This document shows positions 27,050-31,266 of a stretch of 31,266 nucleotides of DNA, in pieces; within the stretch, counting starts at the first letter, position 1; every line of letters begins with the position of its first letter. Origin of the DNA: Verrucomicrobiota bacterium (GTDB lineage Bacteria; Verrucomicrobiota; Verrucomicrobiia; Limisphaerales; CANJXF01). The stretch covers positions 1-31,266 of the forward strand of contig JBBQRQ010000059.1 of the NCBI GenBank assembly GCA_038214755.1, read 5' to 3'. The position numbers and the translations under genes were made by a program. Below the pieces are notes generated by a model. That model had not been told where the DNA came from. It saw only the letters and a list, made by a program, of their open reading frames with translations, and ran no database searches.

Positions 27050-28741
27050 TCAAGCAAGCGCAGTATCTACAACCCGGCGCTTGAAATCGCTACAGGGCTT
27101 CATACCACGTGAGAGGTGTCTCGGCAACGGCTGGTCTTCACCAAGGTGAAGACACCGCAGAACCCCAGGTTGCAACTCTTTATACTGAAAGCCTGATTCG
27201 GGACAGACCATAACACCTTGCTCATCCCGAACCTCCAGCACATGCCCATGACGGCTTGTCCAGCCTTTCTGACGCGCCGGACTTCCAACCATTAGGGCAT
27301 AATCTGGGACATCTTTCGTCACAACGGCACCAGCGGCGACCAAAGCATAACGTCCAATGGTGACGCCACACAAGACGGTCGCATTCGCCCCAATCGTCGC
27401 TCCACGTTTGATGTGAGTCTCCTCATACAGGCTGTGGCGATCAATCTGTGACCTCGGATTCGTCACGTTAGTCAATACGCATGAAGGACCAAGGAATACA
27501 TCGTCCTCGATGTGAATGCCTGTATAAACAGATACGTTATTCTGAATCTTGACGTTATTACCGATCTTCGTTCCTCCATCCACGTTCACATTTTGACCCA
27601 GAACGCAGCGCTCCCCAATTTCAGCTCCTTTCATGATGTGGCTAAAGTGCCAAACTTTTGTGCCTTTTCCAATGCATGCGCCGTCGTCGATGACCGCCGT
27701 GGGGTGCGCGTAGTAATCTTTTTGAGAAGAAGCTTCGGTGGTTTCCTTTGCGCGGATATTGAGACTGTGCTGTGCCCTCTGCAAAACTTGCAGAACCCTC
27801 ATTCCTTCACGCCCATCCGTTCTGGGAACCATGCGCTTTTGGCAACATTCGACGAAATGTTCGCACTCAGTCCGGAGTGGTTCGGCCTCTGCGACAACTA
27901 TTCTCTCGCCAACAGCCTTTGTCGGCGTGGGGACTTGCCCATTGGCCCACGTCAGATAATGTCGATGGACTAGAAGTTTTTCCGACCATGGACGGGTGTC
28001 ATCGAAGACCGCCATTCCATTCGAGCCCACGACCGTGAGCTTTTGCTCTTTGAAAGGATTCAGCCAACTCACATAAACGTGCGCCCGAACTCCGCCCGAA
28101 AAGCGAAGCGTCGTGAGCGTGGTATCTGGAACGCCCGGCGTTAGGTATGCCTCACCGGTGCAAAAAACCTCTTCGGGAATTTGATCTCCCGCAAGCGAGA
28201 GGATAACCGAAATATCGTGAGGGGCAAAACTCCACAACGCGTTTTCCTCCTGACGGATTTTGCCAAGGTTCAGTCTATTTGAAGTAATGTAATAGAGCTT
28301 GCCTAACTCCCCGTGTGCTATCAGTGACTGTAGTTTTCGGACGCAAGGATGGTATTGGAGCAGATGTCCGACCATTAACACACGACCCGTACGTTCCGCG
28401 AGTTCGACCAGTTCAGCAGCTTCAGTTTCCTCAAGACACAACGGCTTTTCAACATAGGCGTCCTTTCCAGCCAGAAGGGCCGTCTTTACGAGTCGATAAT
28501 GCAACGCTGCCGGTGCGGCGATTGCGACTGCACTGATTTCTTTGTTCGTGAAAATGCCATCGATGTCGGTGGTCTTCTGGATGTCCTCGTAATCGTCAAC
28601 GTAGCTGGCCAGCGTTTTCGGATTAAGATCAGCCAGGGTGTGGAGCACACCTAAGTCGCGGAAGTTACGGGCCAGATTTTTCCCCCAATAGCCCGCACCG
28701 ATGAGGGCGAGGTTGCGTGGATATTTCATTTCTGGAAACAT
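27050..28741 (-). CDS. Fused Gfo/Idh/MocA 3-dehydrogenase (WlbA/WbpB-like) and N-acetyltransferase (WlbB/WbpD-like)
   Basis: 563 aa; GAGYWG, VEKP, WSFAPHDIS, then HPTAVID, WHFSHI, KIQNNVSVY, GPS.V.TNV.NPRS, CPESG. Confidence 0.92.
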   Translation of the reverse strand: MFPEMKYPRNLALIGAGYWGKNLARNFRDLGVLHTLADLNPKTLASYVDDYEDIQKTTDIDGIFTNKEISAVAIAAPAALHYRLVKTALLAGKDAYVEKPLCLEETEAAELVELAERTGRVLMVGHLLQYHPCVRKLQSLIAHGELGKLYYITSNRLNLGKIRQEENALWSFAPHDISVILSLAGDQIPEEVFCTGEAYLTPGVPDTTLTTLRFSGGVRAHVYVSWLNPFKEQKLTVVGSNGMAVFDDTRPWSEKLLVHRHYLTWANGQVPTPTKAVGERIVVAEAEPLRTECEHFVECCQKRMVPRTDGREGMRVLQVLQRAQHSLNIRAKETTEASSQKDYYAHPTAVIDDGACIGKGTKVWHFSHIMKGAEIGERCVLGQNVNVDGGTKIGNNVKIQNNVSVYTGIHIEDDVFLGPSCVLTNVTNPRSQIDRHSLYEETHIKRGATIGANATVLCGVTIGRYALVAAGAVVTKDVPDYALMVGSPARQKGWTSRHGHVLEVRDEQGVMVCPESGFQYKELQPGVLRCLHLGEDQPLPRHLSRGMKPCSDFKRRVVDTALA

Positions 28742-28756
28742 TTCTTCGCAGATTGC

Positions 28757-28834
28757 TTATGCGCTTATCGCGCTGCGCACGGAGGCGACTACCCGATCCT
28801 GGTCGGCCTCGCTTAGGAATGGATGCAGTTCCAT
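28757..28834 (-). pseudogene. 3' remnant of a WbpE/WlbC-like DegT aminotransferase
   Basis: LHPFLSEADQDRVVASVRSAISA* matches the usual DegT ending (LP.HPYL.E.DQ..I...V); lies 15 bp upstream of the WlbA-WlbB-like gene. Confidence 0.72.
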
Positions 28835-28863
28835 TTTAAAAAATCACCGAGAAAATATTAGAA

Positions 28864-28915
28864 GCTCGACGGAGTCTCACTCTACCGGGTGAAAGTTGAA
28901 CGTTGAGAGTTGAAA
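28864..28915. repeat. Degenerate REP ending CTACC followed by four heptamer tandem units
   Basis: GCTCGACGGAGTCTCACTCTACC, then GGTGAAA GTTGAAC GTTGAGA GTTGAAA. Confidence 0.5.
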
Positions 28916-29000
28916 GACTGGTTCATTTCAGTGTGTCGGGCAAGTTGCCCGCCACGATCGGCTGGTAGTCTGTTTCCACCCACCCTCATGAGCGCGTTGG

Positions 29001-29776
29001 TCATTTCCCATAATTCACTCCAACCAAACGAGGAAGTGAACCAGCTAAACTTGCACGGTGCGGTTCACACCCAGGGGTGTCGAACCAACCGATGGCGTTC
29101 TTCCCACTAACGAAAGCCAGACCAGGTTCAATCCCGGCCGATGCCGCCCGGTTTATTTCGCTCTGTGCGATTTCGGCCAATTCCAACCAGCGCGTTTTAA
29201 GTTCGACCGGTTGAATCGCTGCTCCCATTTCCTTCAATTCCGACGGGTTCACGCGCGAGTTGCGTTGCATCTGGTTCAGCAAGAGCGGAGGATTGTATCC
29301 GGGATCTTTGGCGCAAGCCGCCCAAATGACTGCATGAACCGGATATTTTGGAGCATCGGCCACCATATCCACCAAATCCCTGGTTTCAGATCGACCCCCC
29401 ATTGCCAAAGTTTTATTGGTAAGCGCATCAAAACGATTCAGTTTCCAGCCAAGCAAATCATCCCTTTCGATTGGGAAAAACCGCCACGCCGCATCCTGAC
29501 ACCATTCAACTTTCACTCCCTCATGGCGGCGCTCGACCCATGCCCTGCGAAATCCTGCTGTCCATAAATCCTCGCGCACGGCATACCCAGCTTGTTGCAA
29601 AGTTTGAACATCCGCCTCACTGGATCGAATGATCCGCTTCTTCCGCATCGTGAAAAACATCCACGTCTGCGATCTTCGGCGACGTTAAGCGCGATGCCGC
29701 CTGCGACGTAGCTCTGGGGGGAGCGATTGGCAGCGAGGAGCCGATGCAGTTCAGATTGAAATGGAGTCAGAGGCAC
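29001..29776 (-). pseudogene. AbiEii/AbiGii-like nucleotidyltransferase toxin with two frameshifts
   Basis: MPLTPFQ...YVAGGIALN | ADVDVFHDAEEA | IIRSSEADV..L, then DALTNK.LA..GR.E.RDLVD; shifts near 29670 and 29633. Confidence 0.8.
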
Positions 29777-29985
29777 TCTTCAATATCCCAGGCGAGCTTC
29801 CAGGCGTCCCGCCTCCCGTTTTGACGTAGTCGCCGGACAATCAGTTCCAAGTCATTCCGATCCTGCAAAGGAGCGTTGGGATGCCGCATCCAGAAGCACT
29901 CTTTGTGTTGGGATAGAGCGATTTCGGAAAGTCGAAGCGCCTTTATCGGCAGATCAGATAACCGGGATTTTTCTGTTGCTGGCAT
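29767..29985 (-). CDS. Small protein, probable antitoxin/partner of the nucleotidyltransferase
   Basis: 72 aa with CFW...IVRRLRQNG...AW; overlaps the toxin start. Confidence 0.72.
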   Translation of the reverse strand: MPATEKSRLSDLPIKALRLSEIALSQHKECFWMRHPNAPLQDRNDLELIVRRLRQNGRRDAWKLAWDIEECL

Positions 29986-29991
29986 GGCTTA

Positions 29992-30021
29992 AAAATGACA
30001 ATTTACGATTTCCGAACGCAA
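29992..30021 (-). promoter_or_regulatory. Possible leaderless sigma70 promoter
   Basis: TTGCGT-N18-CATTTT with an extended -10 TG, 6 nt before ATG 29985. Confidence 0.35.
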
Positions 30022-30240
30022 AACTGAAAAAACGCGGAACGGGAGATAGATTTCTGCGCCTGGATCCAAGTGACGAATGGATTGGCGAATGGCCTCGATT
30101 TCATCGCTGCTTAATCTCATGCGAATAATGTTTTTGATGATGCGCGCGGGTCAAACCAACGGAGAAACTCGGAACGCGGAAACTATCTACAGGCGGAAGT
30201 TGGAACGCGAGCGGAAAACTGTTTCCTGCCTCCGTTTTCT

Positions 30241-30477
30241 TTACGCCTGACCATTCCGGCGCGTCTTTTCGGGGAGTGGTTGAACGGAAGCGACCAACAG
30301 ACTGGATAAATGGGTTTCATTCTCAGCTTCATCGTAAACGATAATCTTTCCGCCCTTGGGAGAGACGCTGACGTAATCGGGATGCTTGACAACAAATCGC
30401 CGTCCATCGTTCATCTGAATCAGGAAGCGATGGAAAGGGCTGGATCGCGCAAATTCTCTTACCGTGGAACCGAGCAT
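30241..30477 (-). CDS. Small hypothetical protein (PF..F.I.M.DGR...V.HP motif)
   Basis: 78 aa, beta-rich; motif resembles small uncharacterised proteins of PVC bacteria; good promoter upstream. Confidence 0.72.
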   Translation of the reverse strand: MLGSTVREFARSSPFHRFLIQMNDGRRFVVKHPDYVSVSPKGGKIIVYDEAENETHLSSLLVASVQPLPEKTRRNGQA

Positions 30478-30482
30478 AGAAT

Positions 30483-30511
30483 TAAATAGTGGTTCAACGT
30501 TTAGCTGTCAA
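30483..30511 (-). promoter_or_regulatory. Putative sigma70 promoter (leaderless)
   Basis: TTGACA-N17-TATTTA, then 5 nt to ATG 30477; no Shine-Dalgarno. Confidence 0.55.
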
Positions 30512-31089
30512 AGGGCAAACCAGATTCAGTTGGCAGCCTCGTTTCCCAGCGCGATTGACGTCGATGAAGGGTATTGAGCTTTTAATTCCAGGCGGACAAG
30601 GCTGCGCAGTAATTTACTGACGGCAAATCGACTCGGAACAGGGGACGCAGAGTCGAAATGCCAAACTTCACGAAAGCTGCAAATTGAAAATGGAAATTCA
30701 TGTCAAACTTTGCGGCTCCAACTTTCTGTTTTTCAGATTCTGCGCGCTTCGAGTTAACAGTTCCGCATTCAGGCACGCTCCGCACTTGGTTGTTTGCAAT
30801 AATTTCTGCAAAAACTTTTTGGCGCTTTCGATGTGGATAAGCGATCAGACCCTGTTTGCGATGCGGACTGAGAAATTGCTCCACCATTTTGTCCCTTTTC
30901 AGCAAATCGCGCGGAACTTTAGTTGGACGGGAGGGCGAACGCCAAGCTAAATTCTCACACTTCGATTGGGACTTTGTCTCATAAATAGACTTTTTCCCCA
31001 GATTGATTGAGACAACAACTCCACCAGAACGAATTTACTTTGAACTTTGCTGTTTCGACGCCCCATCCATACTCGGAGAAATGGAACCA

Positions 31090-31266
31090 ATGTTGCCACA
31101 TCAACCAACCGATAGCCCAACGCGGGAAGCGTCGATGGTGGGACGAATCAGTGATTGGATTTCCCGCTGGCTGATTTATGGGATGGCGATTTTTAGCCCG
31201 TGGGCATTCGGGACGACGCAAGCGTGGTCGATTCAGGTAATGAATTGGGCGGGATATGCGCTGGGG
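31090..31266 (+). CDS. 5' part of a membrane protein, O-antigen ligase-like (runs off the window)
   Basis: Open to the window end: ...LIYGMAIFSPWAFGTTQAWSIQVMNWAGYALG; GGAG upstream; start 31090 or 31081. Family call rests on the PWAFG motif only. Confidence 0.6.
   Translation, partial: MLPHQPTDSPTREASMVGRISDWISRWLIYGMAIFSPWAFGTTQAWSIQVMNWAGYALG

Noticed and set aside
103..29567. Numerous plus-strand and alternate-frame ORFs (e.g. 103-1068, 2006-2632, 21847-22464, 29058-29567)
   Set aside because: They are shadows of well-supported minus-strand genes and show no recognisable motifs.
30557..30574. IPFIDV on the minus strand as the 5' stub of the DegT whose tail is at 28757
   Set aside because: Only six codons with no start codon; could be chance, although the position is suggestive.
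30620..30680. Resemblance to a c-di-GMP-I riboswitch (GGCAAA...GGACGCA)
   Set aside because: The expected P2/P3 pairings do not form and it lies ~400 bp from the plus-strand gene; an Rfam scan would settle it.
30582..31221. ORFs 30582-30905, 30684-30950 and 30979-31221
   Set aside because: No motifs; they lie in the probable divergent promoter region or antisense to the plus-strand membrane gene.

Overview
A mosaic Wzx/Wzy-type surface-polysaccharide (O-antigen/capsule) biosynthesis cluster, read almost entirely on the minus strand, with the 5' end of a divergent membrane-protein gene (O-antigen ligase-like) at the right edge. The repeat families and small genes suggest a PVC-group host such as Verrucomicrobia (inference only). 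Intact genes encode a diNAc-bacillosamine-type set (PglF/PglE/PglD/PglC-like), an L-QuiNAc-type set (FnlA, RmlD-like reductase, 2-epimerase, WbuB-like GT), a WlbA-WlbB-like fusion, a further DegT aminotransferase, two epimerases, a formyltransferase, a deacetylase-like protein, an acyltransferase, Wzx, Wzy and a 560-aa possible GT-C membrane protein. Three features stand out between the genes. (1) About ten short gene-end scars or internally collapsed skeletons of sugar genes sit at gene junctions. (2) Several toxin-antitoxin cassettes are inserted co-directionally, some with their own apparently leaderless promoters: Panacea plus an unrecognised toxin, DUF433/DUF5615, a VapBC remnant and a frameshifted AbiEii-like pair. 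(3) REP doublets are nested inside MITE-like shells, including a three-tier element. No transposase, integrase, rRNA, tRNA or CRISPR array is visible.
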